DNA of 53,995 bases, filler included, from an uncultured virus (IMG/VR IMGVR_UViG_2061766007_002010) (2 parts of one record of this genome joined end to end with filler, not necessarily neighbours in it), one strand, 5' to 3'; shown: positions 42,312 to 52,035, counted from the whole stretch's first letter. Translations and numbers: made by a program. The notes: generated by a model from the sequence alone, not told the origin.

Positions 42312-42663
42312 TAACATCATAACGGTTAGTATAAAACTCAAGCGAAGGTAAATAATCGTCTTTACTTCTATATACGCCTACTATATTATTCTGATAAACT
42401 TCGATTAATATATCGCCTCTTGCTGATAGCAAATAAATGTTAGGAAATACCTGTGTTGCATAGTCAAGTTTTACGATATGCATATATAAGATTTTGTGTT
42501 TTTCACCTAGTGGTTCATTCCAACCACCATGAATAACTCTGACCCATTTACCTTCAAGAGCTTTATGTTCATCTGCCATCTTAGCCTGACGCATTTCTTC
42601 AAGCTCAAGCTGTAATTTCTTAATCTCAAGTTTAATATCTAATTCTGTTCTTTCTTCAGCCAT
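42312..42663 (-). CDS. Hypothetical protein (3' end in gap)
   Basis: Open frame from MAEERTELDIK to gap. Confidence 0.6.
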
Positions 42664-42666
42664 TAA

Positions 42667-43098
42667 TTACCTGAAATGTGCTTTTATAATTAATCCCTCT
42701 GCTTCATGTGTGTCCATATTTATTGGATAAACATAATGACAAATAACATTATTTAATTCATGCGTATATAAGACTTTTTGAAGTTTACTATCATAAAAAT
42801 TCATCTTGATATTAAGAATATCCTTATTTCTAACAAGTTCGTTTAAAGTTGACCATACACGAAAATCTTGAAATTCGTCGAATTGAACTGTAATACCTTT
42901 ACCGTCTTCGTCGAATTTAACTTTACGTGTCTTAAGCATAAGGTCATAATATTCAACTGTTCCGTTTGTATAAATCAACTGAAAGAGATATGACCTTGCA
43001 AGATCTGGCATATCTGCAATAGCTTTATCTGAAAAGATTTTCATCAAGTCATTATTTACTGGAAATTTAGCTAATGTTTCTTCACTAATTAAACTCAT
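42667..43098 (-). CDS. Degenerate tail-tube (gp19)-like protein
   Basis: PDLARSYLFQL...ITVQFDEFQDFRV...FYDSKLQK..YTHEL....YPINMD follows the gp19 motif order but is short; located among early genes. Confidence 0.5.
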   Translation of the reverse strand: MSLISEETLAKFPVNNDLMKIFSDKAIADMPDLARSYLFQLIYTNGTVEYYDLMLKTRKVKFDEDGKGITVQFDEFQDFRVWSTLNELVRNKDILNIKMNFYDSKLQKVLYTHELNNVICHYVYPINMDTHEAEGLIIKAHFR

Positions 43099-43106
43099 AT
43101 ATTCCT

Positions 43107-43519
43107 TTAATTATTCTTTGGAAGGTCAAGATATGGAGGGAAATCTTTTGGTCTTTCTGCTTCTCTTAAAGCCTTTCTACGTTCATAATATTCTTTTCTA
43201 TCTGCCCTTGCACGTGGCGGATTATTGGTTTCGGTATTATCCTTAAACATATCTGCCGTTATAGAAGTTTCGCCTGTATATTCTACTGTNNNNNNNNNNN
43301 NTTATCATAAGTAAATGGACCTGGAACCTGACAACCATATAATGCTACTTCAGACCATGGTTTTGGAGAAATCCACTTTCTATAATCATCTGGAAGAGGA
43401 TTATAATCATTAGGTAATATTTGCGTTTCAGCAATACCTTCTTTCTTTAATTCTCTTGTTAACTCCAAAAATTCTTCCGGAGTACATTCGATTTGATAAC
43501 CGTTAATCGTTACTTTCAT
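43107..43519 (-). CDS. Hypothetical protein (gapped)
   Basis: MKVTINGYQIECTPEEF... continues after gap to ...PPYLDLPKNN*. Confidence 0.55.
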
Positions 43520-43839
43520 AATTAATACCTTTTTCTTTTAATGCATTAGCCCATGCGGTTGAGTCTAATTGCCATTTGTCAATATTATATTTACATTGAA
43601 GAGGACCTTGATTTTTACATTCATAAACAGTCTCTCTTGTAGCGAAAAATTCATCCGCACGTTTAGCTAGAAACTCATCTTTATATTGATATGCTGTCAC
43701 AAATATGATAATTACAAAAGTAAGAACTATTCCAGCGCCTTTAACTAAATCTTNNNNNNNNNNNNNNNAAAGTAAGTGCGCCTAGTCCAATAAAAGCTAG
43801 AACTGCAAAAAATATTGTAATACCAGTAGTCGGTAACAT
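43503..43839 (-). CDS. Hypothetical membrane protein (gapped)
   Basis: MLPTTGITIFFAVLAFIGLGAL with SD GGAGG; joins ORF 43503-43700. Confidence 0.55.
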
Positions 43840-44322
43840 TTATTCCTCCCAGTTATCACAATTAGTGCATACTTTCTTTTTAAATTCGTTAATCATTTCT
43901 GTNNNNNNNNNNNNNNNNNNNTATTCAATATTATGTTGATGATCTACCTTGACTTCTAGTTTAAATCCGTCATATTTATCGGCTAAAAAGCCTTCTGCTG
44001 AAAACTTACCACTTTGTGCAGCACGAATAATCTTTGCTTTGCATCTAAAATGAGTGGCACCTGCATAATCTATATCTTCAACATGAACAATAGTAAATTC
44101 AGAAGGATTGACAATAGAAGCCAACCTGGTATAATGACGACCATAAAGTAAAAGATATTTATCTTTATACTTCTTTACAATTTTATCTATACTAGCTGCT
44201 GCTTTTTGTTCTTTAACCTTTTGAAGGCAAGAATCTGCATATTCTCTAAGGCTCCTTAATGCTGATTCATCACTAAGTCCTTTAATAGAATTCTTTATTT
44301 CTGTTATATTTGTTTTAGTCAT
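43840..44322 (-). CDS. Hypothetical protein
   Basis: 160 aa ORF, TAATG coupling. Confidence 0.7.
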   Translation of the reverse strand: MTKTNITEIKNSIKGLSDESALRSLREYADSCLQKVKEQKAAASIDKIVKKYKDKYLLLYGRHYTRLASIVNPSEFTIVHVEDIDYAGATHFRCKAKIIRAAQSGKFSAEGFLADKYDGFKLEVKVDHQHNIEXXXXXXXTEMINEFKKKVCTNCDNWEE

Positions 44323-44639
44323 TAGTCATCCGATATTTTTTGTATGTGTAAATCAATGCCTTCAGAATATCTTAAAATTTTTAATGCAGCATATAATTGG
44401 TCTTTAAATTTTTCTGCACCTTCCCTTGACAAAAATGTTTTAGACGTAGATTCACGGTCACTAGAATAATGACCAGTTCTACGTTTCCAAGTTACAACCC
44501 AAGCTTCTGTTGAATCAAGTTTATCATCTATACCAAGTGTCGATGTATCTTCATTTAACAGGTTATCTGTTGCTTTTAATAATGTTTTTATATTAGTTGT
44601 CTTTTCTGGTTTACTTCTAAAAAAATTGAAAAACCCCAT
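44322..44639 (-). CDS. Hypothetical protein
   Basis: Start MGFFNFFRSK with SD GAGGA. Confidence 0.65.
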   Translation of the reverse strand: MGFFNFFRSKPEKTTNIKTLLKATDNLLNEDTSTLGIDDKLDSTEAWVVTWKRRTGHYSSDRESTSKTFLSREGAEKFKDQLYAALKILRYSEGIDLHIQKISDD

Positions 44640-44668
44640 ATTTAAATCCTCATATAAAATATAGCAAA

Positions 44669-45112
44669 TTATAAATCGTCCAGAAGAATGTGACTTAAAA
44701 ATCCGAAAAAGTAACTTAACGATATTGCTAAGCATGCTTCAAATGATAATTCTGCACTATAATAAGCTATGGCAAAAATACCTGACCCTGATAATAGACC
44801 GAAAATTCCAGAATGTATAAACCCTCGATGAGAGAAGAATTGCGGAATTATTGAATATAGCAATAATAAGAACGCATAGAATACTTCTCCAGTATAGAAT
44901 AACCATAATGCTATGACTGTATAAACTAAATACATTAGCATACTGGATTTGGATTTAATATCCATGTCTGGTGTCAATGCGCCGCAGATACCTGTAAGCA
45001 AAGGTAAAGCAGTTACATAAGAAAAGTTAGGATATTGATAAATACCGAAAATACCGGTAAATATAACACCTACCGATACTCCGGCAATGAAATGTGGTAA
45101 GAAACTACTCAT
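44669..45112 (-). CDS. Membrane-bound metal-dependent hydrolase (YdjM/DUF457-like)
   Basis: H...GALTPDMD...HRGFIHS...SHILLD with TM helices. Confidence 0.8.
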   Translation of the reverse strand: MSSFLPHFIAGVSVGVIFTGIFGIYQYPNFSYVTALPLLTGICGALTPDMDIKSKSSMLMYLVYTVIALWLFYTGEVFYAFLLLLYSIIPQFFSHRGFIHSGIFGLLSGSGIFAIAYYSAELSFEACLAISLSYFFGFLSHILLDDL

Positions 45113-45578
45113 ATTTCTTGTTTGGTCCGCCAGCATTAATCCAGTGAGCTACGTTCTTTTCTATTTCATCTAATATGACTATGCAAATACCAACAACGAT
45201 CATAGCTGCAAGTGCAATACCACCAAGACCCATAACAATACAACCAATAATAGTTGCTAGAATATCATACCAGGTATCTGGCTTATATGAATCCAGTTTA
45301 GCCGTAAATTCTGCGCAGGTTCCCTTAACAATATTCATATGGTCAGTCATATTGCTTCCCTTAATATTGATAAGTGCATACTTTTCTACCTTGTCGTCAA
45401 ACACAAATTCTTGTTCAGTTACACAAGTAGGAGTTTGTAAGAAATACTCTCCACTATCCCACATATACTTACCACCAAGGATAAGTGAATATCCGGCTGC
45501 AACTGCAAGAGAAATTCCTAAAATCCAGCAAAAGACTTGTTTTACAATCCATGCTTTATTAAGTTTCTTTTTAACCAT
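45105..45578 (-). CDS. Two-TM membrane protein
   Basis: TM - Cys-containing loop - TM. Confidence 0.7.
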   Translation of the reverse strand: MVKKKLNKAWIVKQVFCWILGISLAVAAGYSLILGGKYMWDSGEYFLQTPTCVTEQEFVFDDKVEKYALINIKGSNMTDHMNIVKGTCAEFTAKLDSYKPDTWYDILATIIGCIVMGLGGIALAAMIVVGICIVILDEIEKNVAHWINAGGPNKKYE

Positions 45579-45580
45579 AA

Positions 45581-46117
45581 TTAATTGTCTCCTTCGTTGT
45601 CATCGCCGCTTTCAGTGTCATAGCTGTCACCTTGTTCGGTCCAATCTGGTTCTTCAACTTCATTAGTAACTTCATCTTCTTCAATAGTTGTTACATATTT
45701 TGTACCAGAACCAAGCCATTTGAAAATAGCAGCAATACCAATAATTAATCCGTAACAAGCACCAACAAATAAAGCAAAAAATTCAGCAATAGTAAACAAT
45801 CCACCTAAGAAATAAAACCATTCTGGCCAGATTGACTGCATATTATCATTCTTATAATAGTCATAACAAGAATTATAATCTGAAATACGTTTAATCTCTG
45901 TACGTTCCTTGTTTACTTCATAAGCAAAAAAGCCTTTTTCTGAAGCACAAGTAGGTTGTTTTGAGATTTCCACACATTCCTTGTGGTCTGCAGGCGCAAG
46001 TTCGTTCTTGATAATGACATAAGGAATCCATTGCAATAAAAGAACAATTACCGCAATAATTGCAATGACAATCTTATGTCTTTTGTTATATCTACAAGTA
46101 TAATTAATATAACTCAT
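45581..46117 (-). CDS. Two-TM membrane protein with acidic tail
   Basis: TM - Cys-containing loop - TM, D/E-rich C-terminus. Confidence 0.7.
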   Translation of the reverse strand: MSYINYTCRYNKRHKIVIAIIAVIVLLLQWIPYVIIKNELAPADHKECVEISKQPTCASEKGFFAYEVNKERTEIKRISDYNSCYDYYKNDNMQSIWPEWFYFLGGLFTIAEFFALFVGACYGLIIGIAAIFKWLGSGTKYVTTIEEDEVTNEVEEPDWTEQGDSYDTESGDDNEGDN

Positions 46118-46120
46118 ATA

Positions 46121-46411
46121 TTACTCCCAGGTTGTAGTTACATGTTTGTCAAGATAACCCTTACCATGACATACCGGACAAGTTCTATAATGACCTGCTT
46201 GGACGATTTCACCTGTGCTATCTGCAAAACGTTTTTCTGGGATCCAATCACCCATCATTTTGCCAAAGCCATGACAGTGTTCACATTCCTTTCTCGTTCC
46301 GCTCTTGCGACGTTCGTAGTTTTCACATTCGCTTTCAGAAGAGAATTCACGACCGTCGTCAGAATAATAATATGTCCTTTCGACAGTTACGGGTTTCTTT
46401 CTTGTATACAT
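46121..46411 (-). CDS. Small DnaJ-type zinc-finger protein
   Basis: CEHCHGFG and CPVCHGKG. Confidence 0.75.
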   Translation of the reverse strand: MYTRKKPVTVERTYYYSDDGREFSSESECENYERRKSGTRKECEHCHGFGKMMGDWIPEKRFADSTGEIVQAGHYRTCPVCHGKGYLDKHVTTTWE

Positions 46412-46421
46412 TAGGTTTCTC

Positions 46422-46844
46422 CTATCTTGTTTTAAGTTGTTCGATTTCTTTTTTAAGTTTATTTAGTTTGACATTATAGGGGTCAGTTAAGCTGTCCAAA
46501 GGAACATAACCTGGAAGGTTGACAACTACTGTACTGTCCTTTAACCAGTTTAATTCTCTTGTAAGACATGCAGTGGTCTCTTTTACACAAGGGTCAGGTC
46601 TATGTCTTAAAACATATTCTGCCCTATTCTGGTCATTTCCAAAATATTTAGCTGCTGCAATCATACCTACGATGCCGCTAACACCAAAAACCAGGAAGAA
46701 ACCAAGACCGATGAAAAACGACTTTATAAAGCCATATTTAGCAATATCTACAATACCCGAATACAGAGCGATAATACCAATAATTGCTGCGGCTAAGCAG
46801 ATAGTTATTACAACATCACCCATCATAACAAACATACTAAGCAT
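46422..46844 (-). CDS. Membrane protein
   Basis: Two N-terminal hydrophobic helices. Confidence 0.7.
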   Translation of the reverse strand: MLSMFVMMGDVVITICLAAAIIGIIALYSGIVDIAKYGFIKSFFIGLGFFLVFGVSGIVGMIAAAKYFGNDQNRAEYVLRHRPDPCVKETTACLTRELNWLKDSTVVVNLPGYVPLDSLTDPYNVKLNKLKKEIEQLKTR

Positions 46845-47562
46845 CTTTCTTTTCCTTACGTGCTTCTCTTACTGACTTGATTTCGCCAAGAACTGCTTGA
46901 CATTCATTGTTTCTCTTTTCAAGTTCTACACGAACTTTATACTTGTATTCATACCATTCCGGGAAACAAACACAGCTAACTCTTGGTTCATCTGCAGTAG
47001 CGGTAGAATACATTGCAAATTCACTAATATAATCATTACGAAGCGTATTGATAATTGCTTCATCAATATCTGGATGAGCAGCCTTAACTGCTGCGATATA
47101 ACTTTCAATCTGATAAGGTGTCAGTTCGACACAAACGATTTTACCAGAAGTAAGCCAGCACTTATAATCCTTAAGATAAGGTTCTGCTCGCTTCATTTCC
47201 TTAATAGCCATAAAGTCTTCGATTTTTTCCTTAGCATTCTTAAGGAAGTTCTTGACTATAAAATGCTCAGTATTATCAACAGACAAATGCCAATATTCAA
47301 CATGCTTATGCTTTTCAATATCAGCATCCATGTTCAAATCTACGTCATCTTGTCGTTCTAAGTCACGCCATACCAAATAAATTCCATCACAGCTTGGGTC
47401 GTCTTCACATGGTTTTTCAACAAACATGAAATAGTCAGTAAGATGAATGGTTAACGACTGTCCCTCTGCATTGGTATAAGAACCGATTGGTTCTGATGCA
47501 AGAAGACGAACAATTTTGTTAAATCTCTTATGATGATACCAGTGTCTAAATTTATTAAACAT
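46837..47562 (-). CDS. Hypothetical protein
   Basis: 241 aa ORF, SD AAGGA. Confidence 0.75.
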   Translation of the reverse strand: MFNKFRHWYHHKRFNKIVRLLASEPIGSYTNAEGQSLTIHLTDYFMFVEKPCEDDPSCDGIYLVWRDLERQDDVDLNMDADIEKHKHVEYWHLSVDNTEHFIVKNFLKNAKEKIEDFMAIKEMKRAEPYLKDYKCWLTSGKIVCVELTPYQIESYIAAVKAAHPDIDEAIINTLRNDYISEFAMYSTATADEPRVSCVCFPEWYEYKYKVRVELEKRNNECQAVLGEIKSVREARKEKKDA

Positions 47563-47589
47563 TTATTTTCCTTTTTATTAAACGTTTAT

Positions 47590-47618
47590 AATATAGTAAA
47601 TTATGGTTCGTTTGTCAA
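47590..47618 (-). promoter_or_regulatory. Sigma70-like early promoter
   Basis: TTGACA-N17-TATATT. Confidence 0.75.
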
Positions 47619-47996
47619 TGGTTCGTCATTCTTTTTAATGGGCTCCGGTTTCAATGCCTTTACGATAAGTTTTAACTGATGAATATCATCGCAGATTTCA
47701 TCATAATTCTTTTCTACATCGTATTCAACAGTATCACCTCTAAATGTCAAACCGCCATAACATACTACAAGTCTTCTGTCAATTTTAACTTTTCCTGTAA
47801 TCCCATCAAACATTGCAATATGTGCATGACCATCCATAAATGCTGGATGTTCAACGTAACTACAAAGATTATACTTACCAAAATAACCGGGAACTTCCCC
47901 GATAGATTTTGATATTAATTCCATAGAGTCAAAAACTTCTTTGACTTTATCGAGTTCTGCTTTTTGTTTTTCTTCTGTTAACTTTTCGAATTTCAT
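47601..47996 (-). CDS. Hypothetical protein
   Basis: 131 aa ORF. Confidence 0.7.
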   Translation of the reverse strand: MKFEKLTEEKQKAELDKVKEVFDSMELISKSIGEVPGYFGKYNLCSYVEHPAFMDGHAHIAMFDGITGKVKIDRRLVVCYGGLTFRGDTVEYDVEKNYDEICDDIHQLKLIVKALKPEPIKKNDEPLTNEP

Positions 47997-47999
47997 ATT

Positions 48000-48212
48000 T
48001 TATTTCTTTAAATAACCTTTATATTTTAACCATTGTGAAATAAATGCGCTGGCTTGATCTNNNNNNNNNNNNNNNNNNNNNNNNNNNNNNNNNNNNNNNN
48101 NNNNNNNNNNNNNNNNNNNNNNNNNNNNCCATACTGATTTATCAATACCTCTAATATACTCTTCTTCAAAGAAAGCTTCGCTATCGAATGAACCATAATT
48201 AAGAATAATCAT
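48000..48212 (-). CDS. Hypothetical protein (gapped)
   Basis: SD GGAG; frame open across gap. Confidence 0.55.
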   Translation of the reverse strand: MIILNYGSFDSEAFFEEEYIRGIDKSVWXXXXXXXXXXXXXXXXXXXXXXXDQASAFISQWLKYKGYLKK

Positions 48213-48220
48213 TTTTTCTC

Positions 48221-48628
48221 CTATTGCATTTTTAAACCAAAANNNNNNNNNNNNNNNNNNNNNNNNNNNNNNNNNNNNNNNNNNNNNNNNNTTGACTGTT
48301 CAGAAATATTGACACCAGCTGGGTCAGGACAATGAAAAACATCTATATTGACGTCATTGAAAATATTAATAAATGGATATACTAACTGTTCATTAACAAT
48401 TTTATGTCGTGCATCCACAACATTATCTGTAATTCTATAATTATTACATTCTACTGAATCAAGTCGTGCGCCACCGAATGTATATGTTTTATCGACTTCT
48501 AAAATATATTTTTTAAGGTTTTCAAACAATGTATTTGAAATACCAATTATTTCTGGATCTACGTCAAGAAGTTGATATGTATTTCTACGTAGTCTAAGTT
48601 CGCGTAAGACAAAATTAAATAATGACAT
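48221..48628 (-). CDS. Hypothetical protein (gapped)
   Basis: 135 aa ORF. Confidence 0.6.
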   Translation of the reverse strand: MSLFNFVLRELRLRRNTYQLLDVDPEIIGISNTLFENLKKYILEVDKTYTFGGARLDSVECNNYRITDNVVDARHKIVNEQLVYPFINIFNDVNIDVFHCPDPAGVNISEQSXXXXXXXXXXXXXXXXXFGLKMQ

Positions 48629-48629
48629 A

Positions 48630-48912
48630 TTAAGCTGTATACCACTCCCACCAATCTTTCAAACCTGGAAGATAAGTATCGAAATCTTGATAAAATGAAC
48701 CTTTATAACCGCCAGCAATAGCTTTCTTGATAAAATCCAAAGCATGGTCACTTGTATCAAATACAGGCGGGGNNNNNNNNNNNNNNGCCCATTTGTGTAT
48801 CAGCAGTGCATAATCTGTAATTTCTCCAGATAAACCAACCTTGCTTCCACTGAGGAAGCCAACCTAGCTTAGTTTTCTTAACTCTGTGATTTTTATCTAA
48901 TTTAATTACCAT
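48630..48912 (-). CDS. Hypothetical Trp-rich protein (gapped, missed by ORF track)
   Basis: MVIKLDKNHRVKKTKLGWLPQWKQGWFIWRNY...(gap)...PGLKDWWEWYTA*. Confidence 0.55.
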
Positions 48913-49005
48913 CGGCGATAAATCCTTTTGATCATAATATNNNNNNNNNNNNNNNNNNNNNNNNNAAATGGTTTTCTTAGTTACGATTTTGCGTCGTTAT
49001 TTATA

Positions 49006-49302
49006 TTAAACACTTTTATTAAGCGCCATTTCAAGTTTAATATAGATACCGTCAACAAGTTTTTCTTTTTCTTTTGTTATAGGTTCCAGATAGAAACCCC
49101 TATAATATCCAGCGCCATAATGTTCATAGCTACATGGCATTCTGTCAATTTGTCCTACCAATTTATTATCGACAAAGACATCGAAACCGTCCAGTGGTTC
49201 GTGAATATCATTTGCTTTCGTAGTAAAACCGCCCATTGATTCTATATAATAAGGTGGTTTATTCTTTAATTCTGGGAATTCTTTTAAAAGTATATCGTAC
49301 AT
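49006..49302 (-). CDS. Hypothetical protein
   Basis: 98 aa ORF, SD AAGG. Confidence 0.65.
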   Translation of the reverse strand: MYDILLKEFPELKNKPPYYIESMGGFTTKANDIHEPLDGFDVFVDNKLVGQIDRMPCSYEHYGAGYYRGFYLEPITKEKEKLVDGIYIKLEMALNKSV

Positions 49303-49361
49303 AATTTTACCTTTATATTAAACTGTTAAATCTGGTATATTTCCTTCGGGTGGAAAAAATT

Positions 49362-49547
49362 TTATATTNNNNNNNNNNNNNNNNNNNNNNNNNNNNNNNN
49401 NNNNNNNNNNNNNNNNNNNNNNNNNNNNNNNNNNNNNNNNNNNNNNNNNNNNNNNNNTGGTTCACCAAATTCACCTGTTCTAATTTCTAAATCGTGCCAC
49501 TTGTCAGTAATTGGTTTGAAAAGTCTTTTTGCTTCTTCTGTATTCAT
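49362..49547 (-). CDS. Hypothetical protein, paralogue of 49549-49827
   Basis: EEAKRLFKPITDKW vs EEAQALFKPLTDKW. Confidence 0.6.
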   Translation of the reverse strand: MNTEEAKRLFKPITDKWHDLEIRTGEFGEPXXXXXXXXXXXXXXXXXXXXXXXXXXXXXXI

Positions 49548-49548
49548 A

Positions 49549-49827
49549 TTAAAAGCCTAATTCTGAATCTATATTAAATACATAATTACTGCACCGTCTG
49601 TCGCTTTCTATTCTTTCATCTAAATATTGTATAATTGACTCTATGGTAGAATTGCCAAAAAAGTCAAATGTTTTTAAATAATATTTAAAATGCGGCAAAT
49701 GAGTATCTTCGATCATTAGTTCATTATTAAACTCTTCATCTGCGATAATTATGACACCTGACCATTTGTCAGTAAGCGGTTTAAATAATGCTTGTGCTTC
49801 TTCTAATGAATCTGGTATACAACTCAT
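49549..49827 (-). CDS. Hypothetical protein
   Basis: 92 aa; ATG 7 nt after -10 box. Confidence 0.7.
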   Translation of the reverse strand: MSCIPDSLEEAQALFKPLTDKWSGVIIIADEEFNNELMIEDTHLPHFKYYLKTFDFFGNSTIESIIQYLDERIESDRRCSNYVFNIDSELGF

Positions 49828-49834
49828 AATATAA

Positions 49835-49908
49835 AATATAACAAATAAGTGTTAAATTGTCAATACTTTAAAATAAATATTACAATTCTTTAAAAAATTT
49901 ACTATATT
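49835..49908. promoter_or_regulatory. Divergent pair of sigma70-like early promoters
   Basis: Minus: TTGACA(49863-49858)-N17-TATATT(49840-49835); plus: ATTACA(49879-49884)-N18-TATATT(49903-49908). Confidence 0.7.
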
Positions 49909-49915
49909 TAAAATC

Positions 49916-50383
49916 ATGGTTACTATAAAAGATTTTGCAGATGCCTGCCGTTCGGAAGGTTTACTGAGCGGGGCTGAAAATGACGATGATGAAAGATCAC
50001 TTGCCTGTTCCATCGGTATTAGAGATACTCGCCGTGAAAATAATTTAGTCCGTACATTCTGGAATGTTCATCGGAAAATCGAAGACGCAAGATGGTCAAT
50101 TATTGCGGCTGTTTCTATGGATTCAGAACCTCATTATAATTTACCGATATTTAGAACATATACTGATAAAGACAGACTAATAAATATTGAAATTATGATT
50201 TTTGGTAAAGATAAACAGCAGAATCAAGATGATCCAGATTATTCTGATTTACCAAAAATTTTAGAAAAAATAGAAATTCCGGTACAATACTGTTCAAGCT
50301 GCAGAGCACTCGAAGTTCTAGTTCATTCTTCTTATGAAGCACTTGACAAATGGAATATGGAAAAAAATGGAAGGACAGAATAA
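49916..50383 (+). CDS. Hypothetical protein
   Basis: 155 aa ORF; ATG 7 nt after -10 box. Confidence 0.7.
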   Translation: MVTIKDFADACRSEGLLSGAENDDDERSLACSIGIRDTRRENNLVRTFWNVHRKIEDARWSIIAAVSMDSEPHYNLPIFRTYTDKDRLINIEIMIFGKDKQQNQDDPDYSDLPKILEKIEIPVQYCSSCRALEVLVHSSYEALDKWNMEKNGRTE

Positions 50384-51096
50384 TGACACTTTTAGAATTT
50401 AATGAAATTTGTTATTCACTCGGTTGGGAAGACGATCTTGGTTATTGTTTGGCACCAGGTCCATGGACACAATTTTACAATACTGATGCATTAGAATCAC
50501 CAGATAATGCTGAAAAAGATTATCTAATCCGTGTTTTTGTTAATGATGAAGATATAAATCCAGATGACGAAGTAGAAGAAATTACTATTGAAATTATTAA
50601 TCATGAAACTNNNNNNNNNNNNNNNNNNNNNNNNNNNNNNNNNNNNNNNNNNNNGATTAAGTCTATTATTAAAACCGTCAGCGACATGTTCGTTTACATA
50701 TATATCGATTCTGATCATTTGACTACTGGTGATGTTCAAAAATTAGTTGAACGAATGAAAGATAAAATTGAATATACCGATTATGATGAAGCTGAAGATT
50801 GGTATTGTTTTATCAATAAAACGTCAAAAGAATATGGTCCAATCTGCCTTTATACTGCTGGATTATCTGGTGATTATTATAAACCAGAAGGTGTTAGACA
50901 TGCAAAGGTAATCGATACTTTTGAATATGATCCCGATAATGTTTACAACAATATTCCAGAAATTAGTATGGTAATTAATTGCGGGGATAACCATTGGAAA
51001 TGCACATATAAAGAATGCGATGATATAAAAGAAATAGAAAAAATATTAAATATTGCTTATGAAAAATACAAAAAAATTACCAGCCAACTTTCCTGA
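50383..51096 (+). CDS. Hypothetical acidic protein (gapped; may be two genes)
   Basis: TAATG coupling at 50381-50385; N-terminus MTLLEFNEICYSLG similar to MVTIKDFADACRSEG of the upstream gene. Confidence 0.6.
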   Translation: MTLLEFNEICYSLGWEDDLGYCLAPGPWTQFYNTDALESPDNAEKDYLIRVFVNDEDINPDDEVEEITIEIINHETXXXXXXXXXXXXXXXIKSIIKTVSDMFVYIYIDSDHLTTGDVQKLVERMKDKIEYTDYDEAEDWYCFINKTSKEYGPICLYTAGLSGDYYKPEGVRHAKVIDTFEYDPDNVYNNIPEISMVINCGDNHWKCTYKECDDIKEIEKILNIAYEKYKKITSQLS

Positions 51097-51302
51097 ATAT
51101 CGTATTTCNNNNNNNNNNNNNNNNNNNNNNNNNNNNNNNNNNNNNNNNNNNNNNNNNNNNNNNNNNNNNNNNNNNNNNNNNNNNNNNNNNNNNNNNCAAT
51201 GGAATAAATGGCATGACGGTAAATTATTAAAACTTGAAATGGCAGAAAAAATACGATATTGGGAATTTTATTATTCATCAGAAGTTACTATGGAAATTTA
51301 AT

Positions 51303-51533
51303 ATGAAATATTCAAATAATATGTATTATGATAAAGTTCACGATTGTTGGATGCACAGACCTTTATTAAAACGGATTGTTAACCCTATATTGAGAACACT
51401 GCAATTCTGGACAGATAGACCTTGGGTCATAGCAAGCGATTGCGAAATGAAAGATGGAATTCCAGAATTTAAAAAATATTGCCTAGCTAGGGTTAAATGC
51501 TTAGGTCCATTCAAAAAAGAAAATTGTGAATAA
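51303..51533 (+). CDS. Hypothetical protein
   Basis: MKYSNNMYYDKVHDCW... ends before terminator. Confidence 0.55.
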   Translation: MKYSNNMYYDKVHDCWMHRPLLKRIVNPILRTLQFWTDRPWVIASDCEMKDGIPEFKKYCLARVKCLGPFKKENCE

Positions 51534-51562
51534 AAAAAGGATGACATTTAGTCATCCTTTTT
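51532..51562. terminator. Bidirectional intrinsic terminator
   Basis: AAAAAGGATGAC-attta-GTCATCCTTTTT between convergent genes. Confidence 0.85.
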
Positions 51563-51770
51563 AAATAAGTAATTCATCTAATGCACAAGAGAATATCCAT
51601 GTATGATTATATGTTGGAATAGCTAATCCTAATAATAAAAATCCAGCTAGGATTAATATTAAATCAGTGTCTTCTTTATTATTTTTGAGTATAGCCGCGT
51701 CAAGAATAGTATAAATAAACGATAATATTCCTAAAACTGCAAGAATAATTGCAATGATATGACTAAGCAT
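51561..51770 (-). CDS. Small two-TM membrane protein
   Basis: 69 aa hydrophobic. Confidence 0.6.
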   Translation of the reverse strand: MLSHIIAIILAVLGILSFIYTILDAAILKNNKEDTDLILILAGFLLLGLAIPTYNHTWIFSCALDELLI

Positions 51771-52035
51771 AAAATCCGTATTCTTTTAATAAATCAATAC
51801 GACGAGCATGAATATCTAACATTGCATCGTCATAGCCATCGATTGTTTCACATGCTTCTGCGTCTTTTTCTTCTTGATCCAGTTCTCTTAACCTTGCTCT
51901 GAATGTTTCATCTGCATAGTTATATAAGCTCTTTACGTCGATAGTATTATCTTTATTATTATTGTTGAGTTTAATCTCATCAAGAATAATATAGGTAACC
52001 ATTAATATACCTAAAACTATAAGAATAATTAACAT
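51763..52035 (-). CDS. Membrane-anchored hypothetical protein
   Basis: N-terminal TM then charged helix. Confidence 0.65.
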   Translation of the reverse strand: MLIILIVLGILMVTYIILDEIKLNNNNKDNTIDVKSLYNYADETFRARLRELDQEEKDAEACETIDGYDDAMLDIHARRIDLLKEYGFYA

